Shown here: piece after piece, positions 1-10,497 of the stretch
Layout of the letters: each line of letters opens with the position of its first letter
How positions within the stretch are numbered: position 1 is the first letter of the stretch
Source: Pelagomonas calceolata
Lineage: Eukaryota
Length of the DNA stretch: 64,000 nt
Direction of reading: 5' to 3'
Assembly: GCA_918797485.1 (NCBI GenBank)
Contig: CAKKNE010000002.1
Span: 5,518,001 to 5,582,000, forward strand
The notes under the pieces: generated by a model
The model's input: the letters and a program-made list of their open reading frames with translations, nothing else
The model's database searches: none
What the model was told of the DNA's origin: nothing
Translations under genes and position numbers: made by a program

Positions 1-807
1 CACCATGCCGCGTTGCACGACCACGTCGAGTGCGCGCACGAACTTGTTCGAAGAAGGGCATCATTGGATGTGAGAGATCGGAGCATGGGCCAGACGGCCT
101 TGCACCTCGCTTGCAAGGAGGGGCACGACCGTATTTTGAGGTTGTTGTTGGATGGCGGCGCTCGTACGGACTTGAACGATTTTAAAGACAGAAGTTGTCG
201 CGAAATCGCCGAGTGGTTCGGCCATAGTGAAATTGTGAGAATGTTGGATCTCCATCGACCGAAGGAAGAACGACCAAAGATAGACCAGCTGTACCTCGCT
301 AATTTGATACCTGAAAGAGCCACAGCACCTCTAGAGCCGTTCAAATTGTTAGATTGGCTCGCGTCCGATCCGGGCCTCGATGTGAAGGACCCGCGGTTGC
401 TCGAAGCCATGGAACGGCTGCATCGCTCGAAGTATAGGAGTAGATACGCGATCGCGCGGGCCGATCTGAAAGATCTGAGGGAGCTCGGTCTGCGGGGCTC
501 GGACGCGACGCGCGTGCACAAACGAGCTCTCGCGGAGCTGCCCGACGCTGTCGATGAAGGTGTGTTGGCAGCCAATCAAAAGGTCGAGGACGAGAAGGCT
601 CGACAAATACTGATGAAAGCGGCGAGCGAGCTGCTGGACACGGAAACAGTTAATGACGAGGCGTCCGTCGCGTCGCAGGCGTCGAAGGCGTCGCAAGCCT
701 CCAAGGCGTCGCAGCGGAGTATGCGGAGCCGACGACGGTCCGGCGCCCCTTCGCCGCCGCGGCGACGATCTCAGGGTAGTGTGGATGGTAACTTGACGAG
801 TCTGTAG
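1..807 (+). CDS. Ankyrin-repeat protein, 5' part outside the window
   Basis: Frame is open from base 1. Ankyrin motif GQTALHLACKEGHDRILRLLLDGGA, followed by a Ser/Arg-rich tail. Confidence 0.8.
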   Translation, partial: HHAALHDHVECAHELVRRRASLDVRDRSMGQTALHLACKEGHDRILRLLLDGGARTDLNDFKDRSCREIAEWFGHSEIVRMLDLHRPKEERPKIDQLYLANLIPERATAPLEPFKLLDWLASDPGLDVKDPRLLEAMERLHRSKYRSRYAIARADLKDLRELGLRGSDATRVHKRALAELPDAVDEGVLAANQKVEDEKARQILMKAASELLDTETVNDEASVASQASKASQASKASQRSMRSRRRSGAPSPPRRRSQGSVDGNLTSL

Positions 808-834
808 AAAACGGACGAATTACCCATAGGAACC

Positions 835-2511
835 CTAGGAAGCTTCTTCAAAGTCGAAGCGCACCTTGACGAAGGCCTGGCCCCCGCCCTTTGTCCAGAG
901 CGTCAGGCTTTCTGAAAGCAGGGGGATGGTCAGGTCGCGCGCGAGCTTGACCTCCTGCACCGGCAGCGACACGTGGCCGAGGTAGTCGTCGCCGGACACG
1001 GTGTCGTCGTCCCAGAATTCTAGAGTGACCACGGCGAGCTCCGGCACGGCGAGAGGAAACGAAAACGTCTCGTTGAACGTAGGAGATTTCGTGTTGTTCG
1101 CCGTCTTCGACTTGCGATGACCACGGTCCTGCTTCGGGCCTCCAGCAATACTGACCACGCAGTAGACGTCGGGCGCCTCCTCCATGCCCCAGCCCTTCGT
1201 CCAGCCTCTCGCACTCTTCAAATTTACTTTCAGCGTCTGCTTGATCGGCAGGGACTGCGTCCTTAAACCGGAAGCGTACTGGTCGAGTTCCTCGAAAGAT
1301 GATTCACGAAGAAACTGGGGCTTGGGCACATACCCACAACCGCCCTTGCGCAGGAAGAAGCCCCAGTTCGTGTACAGGGGGTTATCTTCGGGTGTCACTT
1401 GCATGTTTAGGGCTACAATTTGGCAGCCCGTCGCCCACGCGTCGCTCGGGTCGTAGTTGTCCGACTTGATGCGGTGGCCCGCCGGGTAGACGCGAGCGAG
1501 GGCGCTTCTAGTCCAAGCTTCCATCGCGCCCGGCCGCGCTTCCTCGCTACTTCCGGGCGAGTGTAAGGAGTGCTCGATGGCACTTAGTTCCTTCTTCAGA
1601 CCTTTCTTGACCTTCAAGCCCGCGAGCTTCTTGTGCTTGCGCTCGTTCCAACTGCTGGACGTGACGAAGGGCTCCTTGCCCGTCAATTGAGTAATGGTAA
1701 CGTCTTTCAGGGATTTTGTTTTCGTGTTCCTCACATAGATTAAATCCCGCAGGAAGGTCGCGACCTCCTCTTCCGGAGCCTCCTCCTCTATATTAGCTTT
1801 GGCGGCCTCGAGGTGCTCGGCCAGCGCCTCCTCCTCGTCCTTGCTGCGCCGTTTGTGCTTCTTCGCCACCTTGGCCTCATCCTCGTCGTCCTTGTCCTTG
1901 TCCTTATCGTCGTCCTTGCGCTTGTCGCGAATGATGACCTTACCTTTCAATGACTCCGGCGTAATCAGATCCCCTTCCTTCGGGATGTACAACTTGTCCC
2001 CGAGAACACCTCGTAACGTATCCGCAATGATCTTCTGGCCCTCGGCCTTGCAGTGGTTCTCCAATGTAACAATGACCGGACATTCGGTCGTGAAGAAGGC
2101 GTTTTCTGCTATGGCCGCAATCATGCGCTTGAACTTGCACTTCGTGCATAATGTACCTCCATGGGTCACAATGACAGAAGCATGATAACCTCGCTGCTTC
2201 ATGGAGTACTGCTTGTAGTCGTAACAATCCAATTCCACCACGCGACAGCCCAATCGCAACACTCTAGCTACGCTGTCGGGTGAGGAGTGAGACGTGAGTT
2301 GGTCGCCATTCAAATAAGTATTGTGCGACGAGTTGATGTAGTACGACGTCAAGGGTAGGGATAGATTGGGCGCCTCGTCGCCGGGATTCAGCGCCGCCTC
2401 GGCTACGGCCTTTAAAGCTTCTTCGTAGGCGTTGGCCTGCAAGCGTTTTTTTTCTTGCTTCTCCTTCAACCCCATGACGGCCGCCACGGACTTCTTGAAG
2501 AGGGAGGCCAT
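835..2511 (-). CDS. PLC: Phosphoinositide-specific phospholipase C (X, Y and C2 domains)
   Basis: X box YYINSSHNTYLNGDQL...GCRVVELDC...THGGTL...LENHC. Y box RVYPAGHRIKSDNYDP..WATGCQIVALNMQ...GYVPKP. C-terminal C2 domain. Confidence 0.95.
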   Translation of the reverse strand: MASLFKKSVAAVMGLKEKQEKKRLQANAYEEALKAVAEAALNPGDEAPNLSLPLTSYYINSSHNTYLNGDQLTSHSSPDSVARVLRLGCRVVELDCYDYKQYSMKQRGYHASVIVTHGGTLCTKCKFKRMIAAIAENAFFTTECPVIVTLENHCKAEGQKIIADTLRGVLGDKLYIPKEGDLITPESLKGKVIIRDKRKDDDKDKDKDDEDEAKVAKKHKRRSKDEEEALAEHLEAAKANIEEEAPEEEVATFLRDLIYVRNTKTKSLKDVTITQLTGKEPFVTSSSWNERKHKKLAGLKVKKGLKKELSAIEHSLHSPGSSEEARPGAMEAWTRSALARVYPAGHRIKSDNYDPSDAWATGCQIVALNMQVTPEDNPLYTNWGFFLRKGGCGYVPKPQFLRESSFEELDQYASGLRTQSLPIKQTLKVNLKSARGWTKGWGMEEAPDVYCVVSIAGGPKQDRGHRKSKTANNTKSPTFNETFSFPLAVPELAVVTLEFWDDDTVSGDDYLGHVSLPVQEVKLARDLTIPLLSESLTLWTKGGGQAFVKVRFDFEEAS

Positions 2512-2825
2512 GATTGGATGGCGCTCGCAAGGTGGCTGCCGCTCCTCGCCCTCGCAGGGCCGTCGGTCTCCGCAGAAACAGTGCTTGTTTTTTTTGCGCG
2601 GGGGGGCTTGGCCCTTGGGAGCGACTGCCGCTACTATGGTCTCGTGCGATCGCTAGCTGCCCCGCTACTCTTGGGCTGCCCCGCGCGGTTCTCGCTGCCC
2701 CCGCTGCCCGGGATCTCGGTCTCTGCTGGACGCTGGTTAAATGCTCTAGGCTCTCACTTCCGCAGCGAAGTTCCGCTTGTGGGCTGCCCCCGCGACCGCT
2801 GCCGTCGCCGCAGGCGTCGTCGAGG

Positions 2826-4334
2826 ATGGGGCGCATCGCAAGGTGGCTGCCGCTACTCGCCCTCGCAAAGCAATCAAGAGAGGAGACGCCCATACAACTA
2901 AACACCGCCGTCGACGCCGTGCAGCTCCCGGCCGCCGACGAGCCCATCAAACTCACGACGGCCAACACCACAACACAAACGAAAAACGTGTCCGGGCCGG
3001 CCTTCGACGCGCTCGACGTCCGCGCGGAACTCTTAGCGCCGCGCGAGGGCGCGTTATTGGCCTTGGACTCCTTCGAGGTTGGGATAAATGTCTTCACGCC
3101 GGACCCGGACGTGTTCGAGGACTACTACAAAGGATCAAGAGTGTGCGCGCGGTTGGATCAGGGCCCCTGGGCCTGCTGGTCCGTCTTCGACATGCAGCGG
3201 CCGCCGCTCTTTGCTCATGTCAAGCCGGGTCCCCACCAGTTGGAAGCCGTACTGACGGACCCGCGGGGAGACGGTAGAAGTATTCTACGAAGGAGCTGGT
3301 CCGGTGTGAGACGGTTCCGCGTCGCATCTGTAGAAGAGATGCCGCAGGAGGACGTTTCGACGGTGACCGAGACGGAAGCTCAACCAGAAGCCGTCGAGGC
3401 CGAGTCCATGCCCATGCCTCGATTACAGATCGACCAGCCGCGCGAGATGCAGCCGTTACCACCGTCCTTCGAGGTCGGGTTTGGGGTGGAGAGCGCGGCG
3501 CCCGACGAGTTTCGGCGATTATTCAAGCACGGCCACGTGTGCTTTGAACTCACAATATCGCCATCAGAAGCTCCAGAACCTTCCAGTGGTGTACCATGCT
3601 GGGCCGTTTTTGAAAATGCGCGGAAGCCCTTGTTCGCTGCGTTAGGTGATGGCTTCTATACTTTGAGAGGCTGGCTCCTCCATCCGGATAGCAGGCAGCT
3701 CGTCGCGCCGACCCAGAGCGGATTAAGGGCGGTCGTGACGTACGCGTCGACGACGCCGCAAGGATTAGCTCGCGACTCGTCGTCTCCTGACGCGAAGGAT
3801 GAAGAGCTGAAGGGCTGGGCGCGCCACTTCGATGAAGAGTCTTCAGCAGATTACTACGAGGCTCCGGGTGGAGACGTCCAGTGGCACCTCCCGTCGCGGT
3901 TCCCCGTGCCTCCCTCCACAGAAAATTCAACGATGATAGATCTGGCGATCACGGGCGAGGCCTGGAATGAAGATGCGGCCGTGCAGCGCGTCGTGCCGGT
4001 CAAACCCGGCACGGACCCAAAGGTCGCGGCGACACGCATCTGCCAGGGTTATGGGATCCTGAACTGGCACTGCGTCGACGCGCTGACGGCGCAGATTACC
4101 GAGGCGGCCTCCGCCGAGACCACGCCGGCGCCGCCTGTGCGGAAGCCGCCGCCGCCGCCGCCTCCAGAATTATCGCAGATCGTCGAGACGACGCCAGAGA
4201 CGCCCGCGGCAGCGGCGCCGGCGCCCAAGTCGCCGGTCCAGCGCCTCAAGGAGCTGAAGGAAGCCTTCGAGGGCGGGCTGATTACCGAAGAAGCGATGGA
4301 GAAGAAGCGGGACGAGATCCTGGCGGCGATGTAG
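2826..4334 (+). CDS. Secreted-type protein with an internally duplicated Cys-containing domain and a C-terminal SHOCT-like motif
   Basis: Likely start MGRIARWLPLLALA at 2826. Two related units (VC..CWSVFD..PPLFA and VC..CWAVFE..KPLFA). Ends RLKELKEAFEGGLITEEAMEKKRDEIL. Confidence 0.7.
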   Translation: MGRIARWLPLLALAKQSREETPIQLNTAVDAVQLPAADEPIKLTTANTTTQTKNVSGPAFDALDVRAELLAPREGALLALDSFEVGINVFTPDPDVFEDYYKGSRVCARLDQGPWACWSVFDMQRPPLFAHVKPGPHQLEAVLTDPRGDGRSILRRSWSGVRRFRVASVEEMPQEDVSTVTETEAQPEAVEAESMPMPRLQIDQPREMQPLPPSFEVGFGVESAAPDEFRRLFKHGHVCFELTISPSEAPEPSSGVPCWAVFENARKPLFAALGDGFYTLRGWLLHPDSRQLVAPTQSGLRAVVTYASTTPQGLARDSSSPDAKDEELKGWARHFDEESSADYYEAPGGDVQWHLPSRFPVPPSTENSTMIDLAITGEAWNEDAAVQRVVPVKPGTDPKVAATRICQGYGILNWHCVDALTAQITEAASAETTPAPPVRKPPPPPPPELSQIVETTPETPAAAAPAPKSPVQRLKELKEAFEGGLITEEAMEKKRDEILAAM

Positions 4335-4421
4335 TCCACTGTACGTGCGCGCGCGGTGCGACGCGAACAGCGAAAGACGAGCCGTTATGATCATGTAGTA
4401 AGAATTTTAACAAGAAGACTA

Positions 4422-5729
4422 CTAGCGCCGTTTGCGCCCGCCGCCCTTCTTCCTATACGTCTTCTTCTTCGGCCCCTCCTTCTTTCGCTTCTCGCGCGCG
4501 GTCTGGAGCCGCTTGAGGCCCCCCTGGATCTGCTTGTTGTCGACGAGCAGGTCATTGAAGTCCAAATGCATGCGCCGGCTCTTGCTGAGCCACCGCACCG
4601 AGCGGAACGTGTCCGAGAGGTCTGCTAGTGCGCCTGACGTGTCCGCCGCGTGGTCAATCACACCACCATCATCGTCGGACCAGTCCTCGATGTCGGACTC
4701 GTCGTACCGGTCGTTGTTGCGCCGGGGCGGCGGGTCGTCCGTCGTCAGGTCCACGACGTCGTCGTCGTCGTCATCAGCGTCGGGCCGGTCGTCGTCCTGG
4801 CTCGAGTCGACGACGACGATGGGCGCGCCCGCGAAGACGCCGAACCGCTCCTCGTCGTCGCCCTCGTCCTCGAGGACGTCGCGCGCGAAGCCGTCGTCGC
4901 CGTCGTCGTCTGAACTTTCGGCGATGGCGCGGCGCCGGCGAGGTGGGACCGCGGGCGCGCCGTCGTCGGAGTCGCTGCTCTCAATAGCGCGGCGCCGGCG
5001 CGGCGGTGGGGCCGCGGGCGCGTCGTCGTCGCTGCTCTCAATGGCGCGGCGCCGGCGCGCGCGCGTCGGCGGCGGCGACGGCGGAGGCGCCTCGTCCTCC
5101 TCCTCCTCGGCCTGCAGGCGCCGCGCGAGCGCGGCGTCGGCCTCCTCCTGGCGCCGCCGCGCGGCGTCGCCGTCGACCGGCTCGACCGAGTCCTGGGACG
5201 GAGGCCGCGCCCAGGCGTCGAAGCGCCCGGCCGGCGGCGCGCCGTCGTCGTCGCTGTCCGAGGCCGCGACCTGGGCCAGCGAGAAGACGCCGGCCGGCGC
5301 GTCGCCCTCGCTCTCGCTCTCGTCGTCCGACGCGCCCGCGACGGCGCTCAGCGAGAAGACGCCATTTGCCGGCTTGTCGCAGAGTCGCCGCCACTCGTTC
5401 CGCAGCGCCGCGGCGTCCGGCCGCGCCGGCGCGGGCGCCGGCGCGCCGGCGATCGTGTCCGGCGAGACGCGCCGCGGCGGTGCTGGTGGTTGTTTTACCG
5501 TCCGCGGCGGCGCGGCCAGGACCTCGCCGTCGGACTCGTCGTCCGACGGCGTCTCGACGACGCGCCGCCGCCGCTTCTCGGTGCGCGGCGCCGGGGCCGG
5601 CGGCGCCGGCCGCTTCGGCGGCGGCGGGCGCCGCGCCGCCTTCTGCCGCGGCTCCTGGCAGACGTCGCAATTGGCGTACGTCGCCTCGTTGAGGAAGGTG
5701 CAGGCGGGGCAGGGCCACTTTTCAGCCAT
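4422..5729 (-). CDS. RanBP2-type zinc finger protein with a low-complexity acidic/basic body
   Basis: N-terminal WPCPACTFLNEATYANCDVC, repeated RRRRAIESSD, basic C-terminus. Confidence 0.8.
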   Translation of the reverse strand: MAEKWPCPACTFLNEATYANCDVCQEPRQKAARRPPPPKRPAPPAPAPRTEKRRRRVVETPSDDESDGEVLAAPPRTVKQPPAPPRRVSPDTIAGAPAPAPARPDAAALRNEWRRLCDKPANGVFSLSAVAGASDDESESEGDAPAGVFSLAQVAASDSDDDGAPPAGRFDAWARPPSQDSVEPVDGDAARRRQEEADAALARRLQAEEEEDEAPPPSPPPTRARRRRAIESSDDDAPAAPPPRRRRAIESSDSDDGAPAVPPRRRRAIAESSDDDGDDGFARDVLEDEGDDEERFGVFAGAPIVVVDSSQDDDRPDADDDDDDVVDLTTDDPPPRRNNDRYDESDIEDWSDDDGGVIDHAADTSGALADLSDTFRSVRWLSKSRRMHLDFNDLLVDNKQIQGGLKRLQTAREKRKKEGPKKKTYRKKGGGRKRR

Positions 5730-6230
5730 TATTACTGCTCCAACAGCGCAGCCCGCAGCGCGTGGCTATTTGTATTGCTCTGAGCTGACCGCCGCGCGTG
5801 GCTAGCTTTGACCAGAGCGCGTCGCAGCAGCGACGAGCAACACGTGTGGTTGCCGATTACGATCGGCAACGCAGCAATGGCCGCTCAGCAGCGCTACAAA
5901 ACGCGCGCGCGCGGCGCGATCGATTTTTAATAATGTTTATCAAAACGGGTTTTATGCTCCGCGGAGAGATCGCCCAAAACTCGCTGCAGCTTGTCGTAGG
6001 TAGTCTTTCACCCGCGAGGGCTGCGGGATGCCTCCTCTCGCTGGGCTCACCACCGTCGTTTTGGCTGCCGCAGTGTCGTACTTTGCGCGCCGCGCGCGGC
6101 CGCAAAAACGAGTGAAACACAAAGCTAAGCTGCGTGACAGAGTACCAGACGGACCCTTACTCGCCGCGCCGCGGCGTACAACGTAACTCGCGCGCGAGCA
6201 AAGTGTTCGGACCGCAACAGTGCTACAAGG

Positions 6231-7292
6231 ATGACGACCCCCTGGCGCCGCGCGATGGCTGAGGCTAATGACGCGCCGCCGCCGCCGCCCGAGACGCGCA
6301 CACCGCTCTCTCCGATCAACGGCCGGCGCCGGCGGCTCTCTACCAAGGGCGCGCCGAAACCGCCTGCGCCCAAGACGGCCACCGAAGCGCCGAAGCGGGC
6401 GGCCGCGCCGAAGACGGCGCCGAAGCAGTCAAAGACGCCGCCGCTCGCCGCGGGTCTGACGCCGACGCCGCGCGGCGAGCTCGTCGACGGGGCGACGCTG
6501 GCCGCCGTCTTCGACACGCCGCCGCCGCCGACGCCCGTCGCCGCGCCGCCGGACTTCACGCTCTGCCGGGAAATTGGCGAGGCCGCTGCGGCCGTCGCGC
6601 CCGATAACGAGGCGGCAGCTCTCCGCGCGGCCCTCGCCGCGGCGCGCCAAGAGACCGCCGCGGCGCAATCGCGCTCGGCTGCGACGGCGCAGCTCCTCGA
6701 CGCGCTCCGCGACGCGCACGAGACTCGACTGGAAGTGGCCCGACGCCGCGTGAAGGACCTCGAGTTCGAGCTCCAGGCGCGCAAGGGCCGCGACGAGGCG
6801 CGGTCGCCCGAGGTCCAGCGCCAGCGCGAGCGCGCGGAGGCGTTCCGCCAGGAGGCCGCCCAAGCGCGCGGCGCGCTCGACGCCGAGCGGGCGGCCCGCG
6901 ACGCCGCCGACGCGCTCGCAGCCGATTCGCGTGGTGAAGCCTTTGTCGCCGACGACGTGGCTGACGCGGCGGCCGCGGCCGCGGCCGCGCGCGAGGCCCG
7001 GCTCTGGAACGCCCACGTCGCGTTGGTCGAGAAGCGCGACGAGGAGGCCAAACAACTGGCCGAGCTGGTCGACGAGCGCGACGCCTACGAGGCGGCGAAC
7101 CGCGCGCTGGCGACGCGCGTCGCGCGCCTCGACAAGGAGGCAGCGGAGCGCGAGGCGCGCGAGCAGGAGATCGCGGACGAGCTCGCGGCGGCGCGGCGGC
7201 AACAACGCGGCGCCAAGCACGCGGTCCTTGCTTTCGTAGTCGCGGCGGCATCCGCCGCCGTGGGCTCCATGACCATCTTCGCGCGTCGCTGA
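6231..7292 (+). CDS. Coiled-coil protein with a C-terminal hydrophobic tail anchor
   Basis: Ala/Glu/Arg-rich heptads; ends AVLAFVVAAASAAVGSMTIFARR. Confidence 0.7.
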   Translation: MTTPWRRAMAEANDAPPPPPETRTPLSPINGRRRRLSTKGAPKPPAPKTATEAPKRAAAPKTAPKQSKTPPLAAGLTPTPRGELVDGATLAAVFDTPPPPTPVAAPPDFTLCREIGEAAAAVAPDNEAAALRAALAAARQETAAAQSRSAATAQLLDALRDAHETRLEVARRRVKDLEFELQARKGRDEARSPEVQRQRERAEAFRQEAAQARGALDAERAARDAADALAADSRGEAFVADDVADAAAAAAAAREARLWNAHVALVEKRDEEAKQLAELVDERDAYEAANRALATRVARLDKEAAEREAREQEIADELAAARRQQRGAKHAVLAFVVAAASAAVGSMTIFARR

Positions 7293-7404
7293 GCCCCTCC
7301 GTCCGAAACCCCCCGAGAAGCGGGGAGGGGTAAGACCATGCTTGTGTGAATCATGGCCTCTCGGGCTTGGGCATGATGTTTTTCTTACTTGCTAGTAGTA
7401 GCCG

Positions 7405-8118
7405 GTGTGGAAGCCGAACGCGACGATCGTAATCAACGTCCCGCGCCTCGCCGACCGTGCTTATCTATCGAAGTTCGACTACGTGATGACCTACGACCTC
7501 GATACAACAATTCCGATGCTCACGATCCCCCAGATGTACAACGCGTCGCGCTACTTTGAGCGGGGCAAGCCCTGGGAACTGCGGAAAGACGCCGTCGCCG
7601 TCTTCGTGTCGAATTGTAGGAATGCTGGAGCGTCGAAGCGCCTCGCGTTCCTCGAGAAACTATCAAAGGTCTACCCGGTGCACTCCTACGGTCGGTGTCT
7701 GCACAACAGGGACGCGAAACAGCGCGCGGGCGAGGAGCGGGGCGTGTTCAAGCGGCGGATCCTCGCCGACTACAAGTTCGCCCTGGCGATGGAGAACGCC
7801 GTCGTCAAGGACTACGTGTCGGAAAAAGTCTTCGACGCGCTGCTTGCTGGTGCTTTACCGCTCTACGACGGCGCGCCCCGCGTTGGGCGTTTACTACCTG
7901 ATAGCGGCGCTATCCTGCGGACGGCGGACTTCCCGGACGCTTCGGCTCTGGCTGCTACGTTACGACGCCTCGCGGCGGGCCCCGAGCCGGAGCACTTCCG
8001 CTGGCGCGAGCGGCAGGACCTGGCGCCGGCCTTCCAGCGCGTCCTCGACATGTCCGCCCACAAGTACACCGCGCTGTGCCGCGTTTGTGAGCGCCTTCAG
8101 GCCGACAAGGCCAAGTAA
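7405..8118 (+). CDS. Alpha-1,3-fucosyltransferase (GT10) catalytic region, start unresolved
   Basis: FVSNC, VHSYGRC and YKFALAMENAVVKDYVSEKVFDAL motifs. No in-frame ATG or signal anchor found upstream. Confidence 0.8.
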   Translation: MWKPNATIVINVPRLADRAYLSKFDYVMTYDLDTTIPMLTIPQMYNASRYFERGKPWELRKDAVAVFVSNCRNAGASKRLAFLEKLSKVYPVHSYGRCLHNRDAKQRAGEERGVFKRRILADYKFALAMENAVVKDYVSEKVFDALLAGALPLYDGAPRVGRLLPDSGAILRTADFPDASALAATLRRLAAGPEPEHFRWRERQDLAPAFQRVLDMSAHKYTALCRVCERLQADKAK

Positions 8119-8129
8119 TAATTTATAAC

Positions 8130-9050
8130 TTAGTCGCACTTGGGCGTCCTCCGTCGGCGCACCGGCTCGTCGTCGTCCGAGCTCGAGCTGTCCGAGCTTT
8201 CGGCGGGCGCGGGCGCGGCCTTGACGGGCGCGGGCGCAGGCTTGGGCGCGGGCGCGGGTGCAGGCTTGGGCGCGGGCGCCGCCTTCACGGGCGAGGCCTT
8301 CTTCGCGAGGCGCGCGTTGAGGCGCGCCTCCATGGCGGCGCGCGCGTCGGCCTTGGCGTCGTGCGCCTTCTTGTTCGTCGAGCCTTCGTGCGTCGTGGCC
8401 GGGGCTGACTTGGGCGCCGGGGCCGGGGCCGGCGCCGGGGTCGGGGCGGGCGCGGCCTTGACGGGTGCCTTCGCCGGCGCGGCTTTGGCAGGTGCGGCCT
8501 TGACAGCGGCCTTCGCCGGAGCCTTCGCTGGAGCCTTCGCCGGCGCCTTGGCGGGTGCCGCCTTCGCGGGCGCCTTCGTGGACGGCGGCGGCGCCTTCTC
8601 AACCTTCCCAACAGGTTTCAGGAGCACCGCGGGCACGACGAACGCCAGTACCAAAGCGACGAAGAGCAACGCCAACACCTTCTCGCCGTGGTCGTCGACA
8701 AGTTCATAAATACGCTCGCCGAGGCTGGGCTCGTCGTCAGGGACCGGGTCGGGCGGCGGCAGCTCGTCCTCCTCGTCCTCCTCCTGCTCGTCCGCCCCCG
8801 CGTCGCTCCCCGCAACGCATTTACAGGAAGGGCAGCTCGCGTACGAGTACCAGATGAAGCCCTGCTCGCGGCGGCAGCCGCTGCCCTCGCAGGCCGTCTT
8901 GCACATGCACTCGCCCGTCGTCCGCGTCGGCGTGCCGTGATTGGTGTCGCACCAGCCCGCCGGGAAATCTTTTGAAGCGTCGGCCGCGGGCGCGGCGCCG
9001 GCCGCGCAGCGCTGCGCGAGCAGCCCGACGAGAGCGAGCCGCAGGCGCAT
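8130..9050 (-). CDS. Type I membrane protein with a Cys-rich ectodomain and an Ala/Lys/Pro-rich tail
   Basis: Signal peptide MRLRLALVGLLAQ, Cys-rich segment, transmembrane LALLFVALVLAFVVPAVLL, KAPA repeats. Confidence 0.75.
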   Translation of the reverse strand: MRLRLALVGLLAQRCAAGAAPAADASKDFPAGWCDTNHGTPTRTTGECMCKTACEGSGCRREQGFIWYSYASCPSCKCVAGSDAGADEQEEDEEDELPPPDPVPDDEPSLGERIYELVDDHGEKVLALLFVALVLAFVVPAVLLKPVGKVEKAPPPSTKAPAKAAPAKAPAKAPAKAPAKAAVKAAPAKAAPAKAPVKAAPAPTPAPAPAPAPKSAPATTHEGSTNKKAHDAKADARAAMEARLNARLAKKASPVKAAPAPKPAPAPAPKPAPAPVKAAPAPAESSDSSSSDDDEPVRRRRTPKCD

Positions 9051-9574
9051 GGCTACAGAGAGCGACGGTGCTCTGCGGCAACCTGTTGCTTTGGCAGAGG
9101 CGGGCAAGCCGTTACCTGCGCAGCGGCTGACGACTGCAAGCACAGGAGTTGTTAAAGCACACGAGCGGTTTCCTGTGTGGCGATTGGCTCTAAACAGCAA
9201 GTGCAAAATGTCAATAATCTGGCGATGACTAGCAGACAAAGACACTAGGGTCTGCAGACGCAGAGTCTATTGTTACACGGTCTTTGGCCCGTTTTTTCGA
9301 CGAATATACGCGTCGAGAGCCCGCATGCACGCGATGACGCACGCTTCGACACGGCCGCGGCCGCGCGGGCACGCCTCGAGAGCAACTCGTACGCGGACCT
9401 GATGAAGCGTGCCGATGCTACTACAGAAAGGGCGACTAGGGCTCCCGCCGGCGCCCGCGAGTCGCGAGGTGGCGCGTGCCTTTTGCCGAAGGCCTGACTG
9501 TGATGACAAAGTCGCATCCGCCTTTGGCTAAGGACCACATCACGCTGTCGTCAAACAGAACCGCCACGACGACG

Positions 9575-10432
9575 ATGAAGCTCGTTGCTCTCGCTCTCGC
9601 CGCTCCCGCCGTGACCGGGCTGCAGTTCGGCTCCAAGCCGGCTGCCCCCAAGGGCGGCTTCCAATTGCCCGCGGCGCCGGCGCTGCCCAGTATGTTTCCG
9701 CGTCGCATGTCCAACGTGCCTTCAAATGTGCTTAAGGCTGCAAGTGAGCTAGGCTTCCAGTCTCGTCTCTCCACTCCCACCTTTCCACGAGTCCACCGTC
9801 GGCCGCGCCGGCGCCGCGCGCGAGTCGCGAAACATTCATGTGATTGCACGCAGGCGAGGTGCCGGTCGCGGCGGTCGGAGCAGCTGCCCTGGCCGGCGCG
9901 CTAGCGCTCTCGGTCGGCAGCGCGGCCGTCGGCGACGGCATCGTCCGCTTCGGCATGCCCTTCGGCGGCGAGGTCCTGGTCCCCGGCGCGCCGTTCCAGC
10001 CCGAGAACGGCTACCTCGGCATGTGGTGCGTCTCTCGCGTCGAAAGCGTCGAGGGGGTATGTCGAGTATCTGTACTTCCGCGCAGGAACTGGGAGAAGCA
10101 GGGCCCGAAGGCCGTGCCCAAGGATCAAACTCCGGAGGCGCAGAAGGCGTTGATGGCGCAATTCCAGGCCGATCGGGCCAAGGTCAGTGACGCAGCGTCT
10201 TCATGAAGCCGTCGACGCGATGCCGCGCCGCGCGAGAGTCCGCGCGTCTCGCGAGGGGAACCGCGGCGACGGCGTCTGTGCCACACAGTTCGACGCCGAG
10301 GCCAAGGCCGAGGGCTTCACGTCGGCCGAGGCGCGCGGCGTAGAGCTTCGCGCGAAGCAGGCCGCGCAGAAGGCTAAGGAGGCCGAGGCGGCGGCGGCCG
10401 CCGCGAAGGCCGCCGCGGCCGCGAAGAAGTAG
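9575..10432 (+). CDS. Probable plastid-targeted membrane protein, 4 exons (introns 9690-9853, 10026-10085, 10183-10288)
   Basis: Starts MKLVALALAAPAVTGLQF. Removing the GT-AG introns gives a continuous frame ending AAAAKK. The 60-bp middle intron is in frame and less certain. Confidence 0.65.
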
Positions 10433-10497
10433 ACGACTAATCTTCTTCGTACGTTAGAACGGGAGGGATAGGGGGGACGGGGACGGGGGGGAATATC

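Noticed and set aside
4432..5805. Long antisense or alternative-frame ORFs (also 6125-7051, 38926-40074, 46524-47477 and others)
   Set aside because: Shadow ORFs produced by high GC and repeats; they have no motifs and overlap better-supported genes.
7293..7380. Possible SECIS or read-through after TGA 7292
   Set aside because: No AUGA/GA core geometry found, no redox context, and the frame closes again within 19 codons.
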